Source: the human T2T-CHM13v2.0 reference genome, Homo sapiens. Taken from it: 64,000 bases of DNA. The translations under genes were made by a program, and so were the position numbers. Below the pieces are notes generated by a model. The model was not told the origin of the DNA, did not search any database, and was given only the letters and a program-made list of their open reading frames with translations. Shown piece after piece: positions 1 through 15,500 of this stretch. Within the stretch, counting starts at the first letter, position 1. The number at the start of each line of letters is the position of its first letter. The DNA is taken from NCBI RefSeq assembly GCF_009914755.1, contig NC_060932.1. One strand, 5' to 3'.

Positions 1-1934
1 CAATGCATTGAGGGGAGGGTGGCGGGGATATTTTTCTTATAACACTAATCAAACGTGAAGTTTATAAAGGTGTCTGCTACAGATTCATGACTGATTATTG
101 GAGAGTTGCATTTGTTGAACTAAATAGTCGAGTCATTATGTTATCTAGTGCTTTTCTGAACCACCAGGGTGAGCAGTTTTTTCATAATTGAGGCTGAGTG
201 TCATATGATTCTCGGGTTCTCTCAGGCTGATGTCTTGGATATCTCTCTTCTAAGGATATGTATTTTATGGACGATTTTAAGTGCTATAAAACTTTAGTAA
301 TGGGAAAATTATAATATTTGGATTGCCCTTTAGCTCTGTTGATGTTACAGGCAAGTGTCTGTAGAAGTGTGCCCTTAAGCAGCTCCTCGATGTGATGGGT
401 TTCTTACTCTTGGTCTTAGATAACCTTATCTAACTTTCACCCTGAAGGCAGGGTGGTTACAAAGCTTTGCGTGGGAGAAAAAAATCAAACTTACTTATGT
501 GTGTTTAATTATGTTTAGTTGCCCTTCCTTTCATGTTTTTTTTAACATATCTAAAGCTGGTAAGTTATCGCAAAGAGATGAAGACAACGCTCAGTGAACA
601 GTGGTGATGAAGAAGATTAAGAAGGATCAGATGTTAGTTTTAATAGTGCTAGCTGGTGTTCAGGAGCTCGAGAGGAAAAGGAAGGAAAGAATATGATTTA
701 TATATCGAATATGCTATTTAATATGAATTATATTAGTTTTACCATAAATAATGGAAATGAAGACTGATTCCAGGATTTTGCTGGAATTACTACGTTGTTG
801 TGTTGGGTCTTATTATTTACTGGGCTTTGCATTATGACTGTACTAGGAGAATGTACTATTTGCAAAGTAGTCATAGTTTGTTTTAAATTCCAGGCACAGT
901 AATTAAATATTGACTACCAGTGTAACTCCAGGGAGTTGTGAAGAATCATTACAACTTGTCAGGTTAAATTTTAGCAGGGTGCAAAAAGTCGGCCTGATTA
1001 TAGCAAAAGTGATGGTTGTTTTTTCAGCTTTTAACAATATGCAAGGAAATGATAAGTGCTATGGGTAGTCCATTTTGAAAAGGGAGTTCCGTACAACTTT
1101 TGAGAATTTTAAATGGAAAAAACATAACTTTTCTAACTTTTTTCCAGTTCGACTAATACCAGAATGCTTAGTGTGTGCAAGGCCCTTTCTGTGCTGGGCA
1201 CTTCAGAGGATTCAGGATGAGAAAGACACTGGAGCCAGACTGCTGAAATATCCAATTCTGATGCTCTTTTGGCAGGCTTCAGGAGCACACACGTAGATAC
1301 AAGAAAGAATACATTGATTTCAAAACATGCTACATCTGTGTTGGGTGATAAGCAATAACTATATCCCATCACCCACTCCCACCCTGATTATACCTCTTTC
1401 GTGGGTTTATACAAATAATATGTGTGTATTTTATTTCATTATTTTACTCCTATTCAACACCACACTGGAAATGTCTGTATTTAAAACATATATATCTATA
1501 TATTTACTTGATTACTCTGACTTTAGTATATTTCCTGAGAAGCCTTGAGAAAAATTAAGGGATGTATATATACGTGTGGGATCATTCAAACACTTAACAC
1601 AGAAAAAACAAAATACAGTACAGTGATGGAAGAATCTCTAATTTAGATGAAGGTATAGAAAGAAGTATCAGGAAGATCCCTGTTCTATATCTTACAGAGA
1701 AATTAGCTTCCATTTGACCCAGAAATTGATGTTCATAACCACCAGCTGTATTTTCTTTTTTCTTGGTTGGGTTTTGAAAGCAATATTGTACCACAGCCTT
1801 TCGAGGTGGGAAAGTTGCCAGTTTAAACCAATAAGCTAATGTCTCTCTGTAGGTACAACTACTGAGGCTACTTTGCCCACTTCAGTATGTGCAAGGAAGA
1901 TAGTGTTTTGAAACTGCATCTTTTTAAAACACCT

Positions 1935-2172
1935 AACATTATCTCACATTTTCTCAGGGTTAGGAATCTGGGAGTGGCTTAACTAGATGGTTTTGGTTCA
2001 GGGTCTCATTTGCAGTCAAACTCTCAGCTGGGGCTCCGGGCTGCAGTCAATCTCAGGGCTTGACTTGAGGATAGAGAATTTTCTTTAGGTTTACACACAG
2101 TGGGCCTGGTCAGGCCTCAGTTCCTCACTGGCTGTTGTCTGGAGGCTGCAGTTCTTTACCAATGGGCCTCTC
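1935..2172. mobile_element. MaLR LTR fragment (MLT1-like)
   Basis: attatctcac...ggaatctgggagtggctta...ggcctcagttcctc...gggcctctc resembles MLT1 LTRs. Confidence 0.6.
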
Positions 2173-2249
2173 CTAGTGCATCATTTTTAAGGACTTCATT
2201 AAATTCTGTAATGATATATGCTGTGTATAAGTGACCCATCTTTGTTATT

Positions 2250-2465
2250 TTTTTCAAAAACTTTTTATTGAAATATATACCTGCAGACAGGTACAGAAAT
2301 CATATGTGTTCAGCTTGATGAATTTTCACAAAGTGAATACTCCTTACTAACCAGCACCCAAATCAAGTCAGTATTATCGGTGCCCCAGAAGTCCCCTGAT
2401 ACCATCTCAACAGCTACCTGTAGCCCCCCTCCCCCCCCCACCCCACTAACTACTATCCTGTCATT
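2250..2465 (-). mobile_element. Old L1M 3' end fragment
   Basis: cagcttgatgaattttcacaaagtgaa...accagcacccaaatcaag. Confidence 0.65.
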
Positions 2466-5084
2466 TTATTTTTAAATCTGCTTTTAGAACTCAAGCTGAG
2501 TAACCTGAGAGTTTTAGCTTCAAAGCCAGGGGGAGAAGCAGTACAGAGCAGTGATTATACAGCTTTGGGGGGATTTATTTCATAATATGATGGAAGCTAT
2601 GTTACTGCTCTCTGGTGGGGGTGGGGAGAGTGTGCCTACACAAAATTTTACCCACAATTTTAGGCCATTCATGAACCTTGATAACTAGAGTTTAAATATA
2701 TGTTTCTTTTTAGATGAAAATGCTCACAACATTTTATTGAGAAACTGATTTACAAGTATTTCTCTTTTGACTTATTTGAAAAGCAAGTTCAGGACCACGA
2801 TAAATGTTCCTGGAGAGTTACATGCAAGCTGAATTTTTAAATATTGAAATAAATTCTTGAGGATGATTAATGGTGACCACTTAAGCATCTACTAATATCC
2901 CATTTTTGTTACTGTGCAGACACATAGAAGGAAATACAAGATGTGATATTCTACTTCCAGGGCCTTACATTGAATTGAGCATCACAACAAGCCTGGTCAT
3001 TGAGTTGTGAATTTGTAGTGAGACTGGTTTTGTCGACATGTCCCTGAATGGGGGGCAGTCACTACCCCGTTATCTTTTCCCCCATTCCAATACATGTCTG
3101 GAATACATTCATTCCTAACATTTATAGTGACTCATTACTAGGAAATTCTCAATGGAATGGGATTGGTACCCAGGAGGCATATCAAAATCTTGGGGGAGGG
3201 AGAGAGTTGTAAAAAACCTAGATCCTAAGTATTTCTGATATTTGCTTCAATGGCTGTTCACCCCTTCGCACATGTGTGCATGCACACAAGGACACACACA
3301 CACTCCTACTGCCATAAAATGGGAAGGATGTATTTAAGAGAAGGCAGAATTGGAAACTTCATGCTAGCATTAATTGATATCATTTAATGCTCACCGCAGC
3401 AATGTAACATCGGTATAGAGATAATAGTAATAGAATTTTCCTTGAAATAAGCTGATTAAAAGACCTGGTATCCCTGGAAGACTGGAGAACTCGCTGTTGG
3501 AAGATTTAGATGATGTTCATGGTGGTGGTTATTGTAAGACTTACTGGAGTGTGACTTGGTTGGTCATAGGGAAAGGGGGATACCAGTATTAACTGAGTGT
3601 CTGTTATATGCCAGGCACCATGCTAAGCCTTTTATAGTGTTATGCCATTTAATTGGGAAACTCGTTTGGTCTCTGAGCCTGGATTAAGTGATCTGTGAAG
3701 TCCCTTGTACTTCAAGCATTCTGGATGGGATTTCCAGTTGTCATCCTTGTATTCTCTCCCCAATATAGCACCGTGTTCTCAATTCATATGTACATGTTTG
3801 TAAAATTCCTTAAAATATTTATGCTCAAACCAACATTTCCATTTTATCTATCTTAAATATATCTTCCTCTTCTTTACGCCTAATTTCTTAAACTCCCAGA
3901 GTTTTTTTCTGTAAGATCTAGTCATCTGTAGCACTTCTCACAAATTGAGCTCTCTTATGCCCCAAACAGTAACGAAAGAGGTCTCTTAGTTGGACAATAA
4001 GCAGTGAAAGATATTTCTTATGGGACAAGAAATTAACATTATTAGTCAAATGTTGATGCCGGTAGGCTGAGAAATGATTCTCACTTAAAAGCCCCTGGGT
4101 TTTAAACCTCTCTTAGAAAAACATTAGTTAGATGAAAAAAAAAATCAAAATATTTTCCTCTGGAAAACAATGTTCCTCTGAAAACAAGCAGATTATTAAA
4201 ATATCCCTTGTACTACTTCAGGAAATTGTAATCTTATAACTGTAGTGGCCTTTTAGCTTTTAAATATATGAACTTGAGTTGGACACATGCTGATCTCATT
4301 GGTACTTTGCATGATAAGAAATTATGATATTTACAATGTGCAGTCTCAGAAAGAACTGAGAGTTTTGCTAGACATTTGCCCTAAAGTTTGAGTCAATTTA
4401 TGGTTTAAAGGGGTGTATTTAAGGCTAGAAAAGGGAAATGAAGGGTTTTCTTAGGATTTTTTCCAATTCTATTTAAAATTGTTTGCAAAGTTTTGAAAGC
4501 ATATGTCATGAGTTTGGCAAAAATTATTTCAAAGCTTGTTTTTTTTTTAACCTCATTCACCTCTGCTAACTCCTGAACTTCAGTGCTTTACTTCTGTCTT
4601 CCAAAAAGACGTTGTCTAAAATTAGTCATGAAATTTAACTTAACTGTAAGAACTTGAAACATAAAGTTTGCTCTGAAAAAGATCTGGGAAACCTGATGTA
4701 TATTTCACATATCAATACATCTGTTGATGTATTGATAAAATCTATACATCTCAGTTGAAAAAAAATCTAAATTTTGCCCAATATATAGCCACAAATTATT
4801 TAGAATGTAATGTTCGTGTTAGTAGGTGATATTTTTGTCTTCAGCTTGTCATTGACCCATCTAAGGATCCCTGCGAGGTCTTGTCAAAAACTAGCCTGGG
4901 GCATACCCAAGAATTTTAAAGATTAAATAAAACTTACTGGAAAATGTGACCTTGTTTTCCTTAGTCTTAATATTTTGAACTGATAATGTTCCAGAACTGA
5001 GCAACTTTCTTCAGGCCTTCATAAAACCAAATTAAATTGTTTTTAGGTGAATTGAACCTGAGCAACAGGGAGTATTTAAGGACA

Positions 5085-5248
5085 GGCCAGGCAGGGGCAC
5101 ACATGCTTGTAGTCCCAGCTACTGGGGGGGAGGCTAAGCTGGGAGGATCACTTGGGTACAGGAGTTCAAGTCCAGCCTGGGTAACATAGCAAGACCCCAA
5201 GTCTTTTAAAAAAATTAATTAATTAATTTAAATTAAATTCAAATAAAA
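5085..5248 (+). mobile_element. Alu monomer (FLAM/FAM-like)
   Basis: Single arm plus A-rich tail; TSD TAAGGACA at 5077-5084 and 5249-5256. Confidence 0.85.
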
Positions 5249-5440
5249 TAAGGACATTATCCCACAGGTGTTACAAATGAAAATTTGTTGTAATGTAAAG
5301 GATTATTTACTAGTTCTTGGAATTCTACAGTTAGCCACACTCCATACAGGGAGAGCAGAATGTTGTGAGCAAGAAGTTTTAATTTCACAGAATTCCTAAA
5401 ACCTGTCCATTCAGAGCTGTTTGGTTTAGGTTACTGTTAA

Positions 5441-5905
<465 letters not shown>

Positions 5906-5959
5906 TAGAGATTACTGTTGTGTAAATCTGTTGCCAGTGGAATAAAATCTTTCCTTTTT

Positions 5960-7000
5960 ACTAAAATTTTATTCGTACAGTAAACTGCATCCATTTAAAG
6001 TGTACAAATTGACAGATACATACACCTGTGACTCCGGGATCAAAATATGGAACATTTCCTCTTTGCAGTCTGTTCCTCCCTCAGCTCTCAGACCCACACA
6101 ACCCTGTTCTGCTTTCTGTCACTATAAATTAGTTTGCATTTTCTGGAATTTTATATAATGGACTTACTGTATACTCTTGTTTTCTGACTTCTTTCACTCA
6201 GCATAGTAACTCTGAGATTGATTCTCATTGTTGCATAGTAGGAGTGCTTGGTTACTTTTCATTGTTGCCAAGTATTCCGTTGTATGAATATATCACATTG
6301 GATGTATCCATTCACTCTTTGGGAGACATTCAGGTTGTTCCCAGTTTTTAGTCATTGTGAATAAAGATGCTGTGAATATTCATATACCAGTCTCTGTATG
6401 GATGTACATTTTTATTTCTCTTGAGTACCTGGGAGTAGGATGGCTGAGTCTTATTGTGTATGTTTACATTTTTAAAGAAACTGTCAATTTTCCAAAATGA
6501 CTGTACCTCGAGTTATTTCATAACTTCGCCAACATTTAGTATTGTCATTCTTTTTGCCTTTCTAGTAGGATCTTGTGTTTTTAGTTTGTACTTCTTTGAT
6601 GACTAACATGTTGAGTATCTCTTCATGTGCTTACTGACATTTGTATATCTCAGGCTTGCAAACCAGGCTGGTGTTTTGGCCTGACAGCCTGTTTTTGTAT
6701 GGCCTGCACCCTGAGAATAGCTTTTACATTTTAAATGGTTGAAAACATCTAAAAGAATAATACTCCATGTTGCATGATAATTATATGAAATTCTGATTTC
6801 ACTGTTCGTAAATAAGTTTTATTGGAACATGCATTCATCTATGTATCCCGTATGGCTATTTTTGTACCACAGTGGCAGAGCTGAATAGTCTTGACAGACA
6901 TTTTGGCCTAAAATATTTACTTTCTGGCCCTTTAGAGAAAACATTTGCAGACTTCTGGTAGATCTTCTTTGGTGATGTGTCCCTTCAAATCTATTGCCTG
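5960..7000 (-). mobile_element. Old L1M 3' region, interrupted by a MER58-like element
   Basis: ttctttcactcagcata..., ccattcactc...ggttgttcccagtttt...; resumes after 6958. Confidence 0.75.
6651..6957. mobile_element. hAT-Charlie MITE (MER58B-like)
   Basis: CAGG...CTG ends; 8-bp TSD gtatatct/gtagatct; internal aaataagttttattggaaca. Confidence 0.8.
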
Positions 7001-7084
7001 ACTTTTGGGTGGAGGACGTACCAGCCCAGTATGTTTCTAACCCAAGCCCAGTTTGACAGGAACTGCATCAAGTTCTTCAGTTGT

Positions 7085-7197
7085 ACCAACCACATTTCAA
7101 GTGCTCAGTAGCCACATGAGGCTAATAGCTACCATATTGCATAGTGCAGATATAAAATATTTCCACTCTCATGGAAATTTCTATTGGACAGTGCTAC
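7085..7197. mobile_element. hAT MITE fragment (MER3/MER33-like)
   Basis: tcaagtgctcagtagccacatg...ctattggacagtgct. Confidence 0.7.
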
Positions 7198-8254
7198 TCT
7201 AGAATAAACTTGCCGCTGAACCAAAGGGATTAGAAGCAAAGTGGAACATAGGTTATAGGATTGCTTTCCTGGATGTCGATAAAAATAAGCTAGATCCTCG
7301 TCCTCTCAGATGTGTGTGAATGCAAATGGATATATTTTGTTATCCATGTATGTCCTGTTCTCTTGGCCAAGTGATGAGAGGAAGCAGTTAACTCATAAAA
7401 GAAATTCAGAATTTTACTGATAGGAAATAGTGTTTTAAGGGGAAAAAAACAAGTGTTAATTTATCATCTGCCAAAGCATTTTGCAAAGAACAAACCTTCT
7501 AAAATTCCCATATAGTTGTAACTGTTTTACAGATGAGATGGAGAATATGAAGGGAGATAGTAAACCATGAAATCACTTTTTCCTGGTGCTAAGTCCTGAT
7601 TCACTAGCAATCGTAGTTCTCTTCAGCTTCTAATTTTAAAGTATTATTTACCATAAAGTTTTTCATAATAGCATGAGTTTTGAAAATAATTCAGAAATAT
7701 TCTAAGTTGAAATGGCTAAGATAGCCTATTTTAAGATTGAATTTAAAGGGTTTTTTTTTTCCCACTGTAAACTGTTTTGTGTGACTGCGATAAGGGGCAG
7801 GCATAACTGACTCTAAAGAGTGAAGTGGAAGTCAGTAAATCTGTGATTACATAGTCATTCTCTTTGGCAAAAATATTATGTAATTATGAATTATTTTGTT
7901 CTTAACATAGAGATGTTTGTAAGTTTTTGGTGATTCATCACTCATGTCAATATCTCCCTAATCCATCCTAGAAATAAATGTTTTGCTGAAGTAGGAATCT
8001 AAATGCACCAGCTAACACTGAGAAGGTGGAGGAAATGTGTAATGAGTGGATGTTTTAGAGGCACCCAGAAGGATATGTTTTAAAACAACTTCTGCCATTT
8101 CTGGTTTCAAACATGGTTTTTGTCACATTCTCTAATTGACCAAATGTATTTTATGTACACCCTAAATGTTCACCTATTTAACAGAATAGTATTGTTTAGA
8201 ATGGTATTATCCTTCTGGTTATTTGGTGAGATACACACATCAGTAAACATTCCC

Positions 8255-8720
8255 TCATTTGGCTGGTATTGTTTGATCATGTACTGTGTGCCAGATTGTT
8301 AGGCAATGGGAATATAAATGTGAATAAAATACAGTGTCCTTGCTCAAGGACCTGAATAGCTAGAAATGTATGCCAATAAGGGTTATAGAGTGAGATCGGT
8401 GATAGGACACATCTATGCATAGAACATAAGACGTAAGGGTCAGTCCTCCCTTGGAGATCCAGGAAAGCCTCTTAAAGTGGTGAATAATTAAGCCAGATCT
8501 GAAAAGGCCTGGTGTCCTCCAGATTGATAAGAGCACACCAAGCAGAATACCATAGATAAAGCTATATGTATGTTCACTTAACATTCCAGGAAAGCAAATA
8601 TGGCTTCTGTGGAGGAAATCAATGTAATGGTAGGAAGAGACCAGGACATGAAGTGCCTGTTGTAGCATAATAATTGTACCGTAGGTGTGTGGTTGAAGGT
8701 TTTTAAGTAGAGTAACTGAA
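8255..8720. mobile_element. L2 fragment
   Basis: tactgtgtgccag...gtccttgctcaagga, typical of the L2 3' region. Confidence 0.55.
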
Positions 8721-8850
8721 TAATTACTGCAACAATGTTATAGGAAGTTGATTATCTGTTATCAAGTTGAATTAGAACCCACATTTTTTTCATAGTGAAA
8801 TTCCATTTCAATAGCCTTTAGATGTTGTAAATATCTCAGATGTCAGATAC

Positions 8851-9454
<604 letters not shown>

Positions 9455-9855
9455 TAGCAACCGCAAGACTTGAGTGAAACACTGGTATTTTATTCTGTTT
9501 TGTTTGCTGGAACAGCCTCAGATTCTGTTACCACTGACAAGAGTAAAATGTTTTTTACAACCAGCAATGAAATAGGCATGCATTTAATTTATTGGCATGC
9601 ATTTAATGCAAGAAAGAAGAGGTCATAGTCTCAGGAGTTTGAATAAATCATGAATTGTTGACTGCTCTGGCTGCCAATACCCCTTAAAGGTTTCTATCAA
9701 TTCTACCTTAACTACTCTTGGTCTGTTTTGTCTCTCCATCCCATGTTTTAACTATTAGAAAACCAGATTCATTCTCTATCCTCTATCAACTGTTGTTTCA
9801 AGGGTATCTAGAAAAGGCTTCTTTTTTAAAATCTTCTATTCTGCTAGAAGATTAC

Positions 9856-10149
<294 letters not shown>

Positions 10150-10876
10150 AGAAGCTTCTTTTAAATATGCTGTTTGCCTGGTCTTCCTTATTTGCTGACT
10201 TGATTAATAAAAAGCATTTTCTATAGATCATACAGCAGTATAAACTTGAAAAGCAAATTGATATTTTACAAAACTATTAAGGGAAAAATGATTTAGAATT
10301 CCAGAGAATGAGAAAACTAGCAATCTGTGGGGCGTGTACGTCAAAACTTCTTAAGAAACATTTACTTAATATTCTTTTTTACTTTTTTGTTTGTCAGAGG
10401 GTAAATATGAAACCCTGAATTCTTTGCTTCTGTAAATCAAAATAAAGGGTTCCAGGATTAAGTATTGTGATTGCTTTTATCTTTCTTCCCTTTAATGTTC
10501 TGTTTCGAGTTTCTTATGCTTCTTTCTTGCCGAATCTTCTAAAGAAGTACACGTGGTGTTTTGGGTTTTCTCATGCGAAAAGGGATAAGGAGGGCCAAAA
10601 AGCTTTCTTTTGAATTTTTATGCAAGTTAAAACTGTCTGTCTTCTTCCTTTATGCCTTTATTTCTTATCTCTTCTTTTATTATTTCTAACGTTTAAATGT
10701 TTAGATGACAATTGGACCACAGGTCAGTAGGCCAGGGGGGATGCTAAATGTTAATATAGTCTAGCGGCTAGTCGTCAACTGTAGGCTATTCATTGTTTAT
10801 ACCTGTGATATAGAGGTGTATACATGAGTAAATAACATACAGAATGGGAGCATTCAAGGAAAGTTGGCTGTAATGT

Positions 10877-10934
10877 ATATTTAATATTCACATTGACCTC
10901 TGTTTAATATTTAATATTCACATTGACCTTTGTT
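10877..10934. repeat. 30-bp-period tandem duplication
   Basis: atatttaatattcacattgacctYtgtt twice. Confidence 0.9.
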
Positions 10935-11078
10935 AGAGAATCAAAGGTGGGTTTCTACGGGCAAGGAAATATTCATTGGCATGTGGTATATGGTAGTATT
11001 TTACTGCCGGGATTATAGGCATATATCACATTCTAAGGTTTTAGAACATGATGGAAATTTACTTCTCCTTTTGCTGGA

Positions 11079-11379
11079 TTTTTTTTTTTTTTTTTTTTGA
11101 GATGGAGTCTTGCTCTGTCGCCCAGGCTGGAGTACAGTGGCGCGATCTTGGCTCACTGCAACCTCCACCTCCTGGGTTCAAGTGATTCTCCTGTCTCAGC
11201 CTCCTGAGTAGCTGGGACTACAGGCATGTGCCACCACACCCGGCTAATTTTTTCTCTTTTTAGTAGAGATGGGGTTTCACCATGTTAGCCAGGATGGTCT
11301 TGATCTCCTGACCTCGTGATCTGCCTGCCTCGGCCTCCCAAAGTGCTGGGATTACAGGCGTGAGCCACTGCGCCCGGCC
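11079..11379 (-). mobile_element. Alu (AluSc/Y-like)
   Basis: TSD ctccttttgctggatttt at 11065 and 11381; ttagccaggatggtc diagnostic. Confidence 0.95.
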
Positions 11380-12195
11380 CCTCCTTTTGCTGGATTTTAC
11401 AGTGTTATTGTTGTTACTGTTATTTAATAGATAATATAATACAGTTTGAAAATTTCTCTAATTTTAGGCCTCAAGGCTATATATATCATTAGTTTCCTGA
11501 GTACATGTACAAGTCTGTTTAGCATTGAAATATTACCCTGACTCTTGTTTTTAAACAGAGACAGCATGATTCTATTAACACTGTAACATTTTTTATATTA
11601 TATTTTATTTATATGGTGAGTCTATTAAGAAAGCATTGTTAAACCAGTTAACATTTCTCTACCAGGTCTACCCCTTTTGTTTGCCCATAGCTGAATATTT
11701 ATGTTTCATTTGTGAATGCAGAAATTTTACTGTGTGTCCATGGTATTCAGAATAGTAACTGTTATCAGGTTAATGAGGTGATACTAGAATCACATCGTTT
11801 TTAAGCTAGGAAAAAATCTTAGAGTGTGATTATGCAGTAAAAAGAATTTATACCCCCTTTTTTTAGAGGGTAGCTAACTGTATATTGTTTGTTAGAGATA
11901 ATGTATGAATTTTAACTTTTCCAGCCATTAAAATCTTAATTTTGTTATGTTGTTAGCATAATGAAAGAAAATGTACAAGTAAACATGCTTAAGGTTTAAA
12001 CGAGAAAATGTTTTTTTCAGTTGTATATTGTTCCAGGGCAAATACTGTGCTACATAGTAGAGATAAAGCAGAGAACAAAATAGGCATGTCCTTGCTTTCG
12101 TAGTTCTTATAGATACTCAGTAAATTATACCAATAAATATATATTTATAAATTGCAATGAGTGCTGTGAAGAAAAGTGTTGTAATGAAATATTTT

Positions 12196-12525
<330 letters not shown>

Positions 12526-15500
12526 GAAATATTTTAAGATAGAGAACTGATATTTTTATTTTGGGGTGACAGTATTCACTGAAAGAAGGGGACAGTGTAC
12601 CAGACAAAAAGAAATGACATGTTGAAAGTTCCTGAGGAGACAAAGACGTGGATGAACTGTAAGGAGACATCCCAACTGAAGCTTGGGGAGCTAAGGAGGC
12701 AGTGGGGCTCAAGAGATTAGCAAGAACTAGAATATGATGGATTGCTATGCAGGCATTCAAGCCAGATTTCCAGAGATTTGGGTGATTTATTAAAATGCTA
12801 ATTCCATAAATTAGGAAAAAGCATGGAGTGAAGCCTTGTGTAAACATCTTGACTATGATTTTCAGTTGCAGGGACTCACGCAAGGTGGATTGTAATAGCA
12901 AAAAAGTGAAAGTACACCACAAAGCAGGTTGTGACATCTGTGTGATTAATGAAGAAAAAACTTCATATGTTTTCATTTGGGCTGTTTGTTGGAATTAGGT
13001 CATAAGAAATGATAAACTAAAGTAAGGACATTTGCATTGTATGTAGGCATTACCAAGACCAAAAACCACACTTCCCATTTGCATCAGGACAGTCACAAAG
13101 GAGCTTTCATGCTTACTGCTCTGGGTTTTAGTTCTATTAGGTTTGGGCCCTAATTGATTTTGACTACTCTATGATTAGTACAGCCAGGCATCTAAAAGGA
13201 CTTTTATATTTAAATAGCAGCTGTAGATGTTTGTGGCAGGAAGTTTCCATGCTAACTAGTTTGCCATATTGCTGGAACCAAAAGTCTCAACCAAGTTTAC
13301 ACAGAGTTTTCAAATGCATTATTTCTTTTTATTTTTATATCAAGGTGCAGGCTTCTTTCAGGTGAACAAACTAATTGGAAATTAATTTGGACATTTTGCC
13401 TAAAGTCCTACAAATAGTGAGAGTCAGGATTAAAATTCTAGTTTTAAGCTTCATGTTCAGGTATCTTTCCAGTACTCCCTCCTTTCCATTAAATACAGAT
13501 AGTCTTAACTCATATATTTGGTGTGTGCATTAGTTTTCACTGACTAGCTTGACCTTTTGCTTTTTTCTCATAGATAGGACTTTAAGACGAATTTGTTTTA
13601 TTAGACCGAATTTGGAGGAAGCATTGAATTTTGAAGCAAGATCTAAATTTTAATCCATTTAGTAGTGGTGTAGTAGTGTAGTAGAAGGTTAAATAACCTT
13701 AAGAGCTTTAGTTTTCTTATATATAAAATGGTGTTGGGCTTCCTACTAATTAAATCCATGGCCCTTCTCATGCCCATGCAGAGTCCACGTGAGGGGTGGT
13801 ATGGGGCAAGATATCTTTCTCTCTCTCTCAATCTCTCTCTCTCTGTCTCGTCTGCAAATCCCACAAACTCAATCAGCTTTCCTCATTTTTTGGTAGTTGC
13901 CACTATTCTGTCCCTTGGGGTTTTCTTTTCTCAAAACCTTTTTGTGGAGTATTTCTCTCCAAAACAACCTTGTAGAACCCTTTTTTGCCCCAATTGCTAC
14001 AGGAAAGATCGACTGGGCATAAAATAACAACAGTATTTATTGAGCTCTTACCACCTATCAGACAATTTGCTAAGTGTAAATTCCTTTAGTTTCCAGTCTT
14101 TTAATGTCTGCTAACCCTACCTCTGCTAAAATTGCCTGGGACCACTCTTGAACCTACTGAATCAGGGTTTCATTGTGGCATGTTAATTTTTTTTAAGATC
14201 AGCACCCTCAAGTCATTCCGATTAGCAGCCATTTGTGGATCACTGATAATTATTCCTTCTACCATGGCCTCTGTCTCTGTGTCCAGAAGATGCAGTCAAT
14301 CAACAGAACAATTTTTGCCCTTTTGTTTCATAGATGTAATTTGAATCTCATAGTCTGCAGTCTTGCCCAGTATCCATGTCACTAGATTTCTGCCCTGTGA
14401 AGAATGTTTGATGCTTATTTTCACCAATGTTACTATATGTATTAAATGATACATACTCTAAAGATAGTCTCAAAAGATTAATCTCCCAATTTTGATGACT
14501 CTTCAAATTTTGTGAAGCCACAAAAGCAGAATTTCCTAAGTATTTTTTTGGCTCATTGGTCTATCACCTGTTGCCCACAATAAGGATTATTTGATCTTAA
14601 AAGTTGGAAACTATGTATTGTATCTTTCTCTTAGACATTTTTGGTGTATATTAGCATACTAAAGACTCTTAGGAGTTCTTCTGTTTAAAAATGATTTTAC
14701 TTTGGTTAACTGGGCAGTTCCCAAACTGGAATTTTTTTATCATGTAATCCTATTAGTGGCCAGTGTGAAACACTCACTCCTTTATAGGTAGAATTTTCTG
14801 GGGGTTTTTCTCTTCTTTTTTCATTTGAAAAAGAGGAATAATATTTACCTCATATAGGGTGGTTTTGCGGGTGAAATGAGAGTTGAGGGGGAAGCATTGT
14901 TGAGTGGTTAACTAGGCGACGCAGTACTGGCCTGAGTGCCTTGGTGTTACATACTGGCCTTAGCAAGATAAAAACTCACTCTGCCATCAACCTTTAGATC
15001 ACTCTTAACGGACTCAGACTTTGACTAATCTGTTAGTTCCAAAATTATACCTTATTTTTAATGCATAGCACAATAAGAGGTTAAAAGTTTCAAAACTGCT
15101 TATCTTGTGGAATTTTTGGCATGGCTAGAAAGTGTTTAGATTAACGAGTAATTTATATAATCAATGGTAGATATGACCACCATAGAGCATACACAAATTC
15201 ATATTAGTCGAATAAATGAATCAGTCTTATTTGGATGTGTTAAATGTATTTCCAAAACACAGTTGAGTTCAGTCATTAAACTGTTTGCTTTTTAAAACAT
15301 CTTGATCTGTTATGTTTCAGGCTGAAGCACTTTTAATGTCTTACGGTAATAGTTACCAAGAAGATTAAACCTCTTAGTACGCATGTAATAGGAAGGACTT
15401 TTAATTGATGTTTTGCTGGCAGACTCCACAGGAGCTGAGTTTAGTGTACTTTTCCGACTGTGCTTGTCTAGTTTCCTAGGATTCTGAAGTAGCTCATGGC

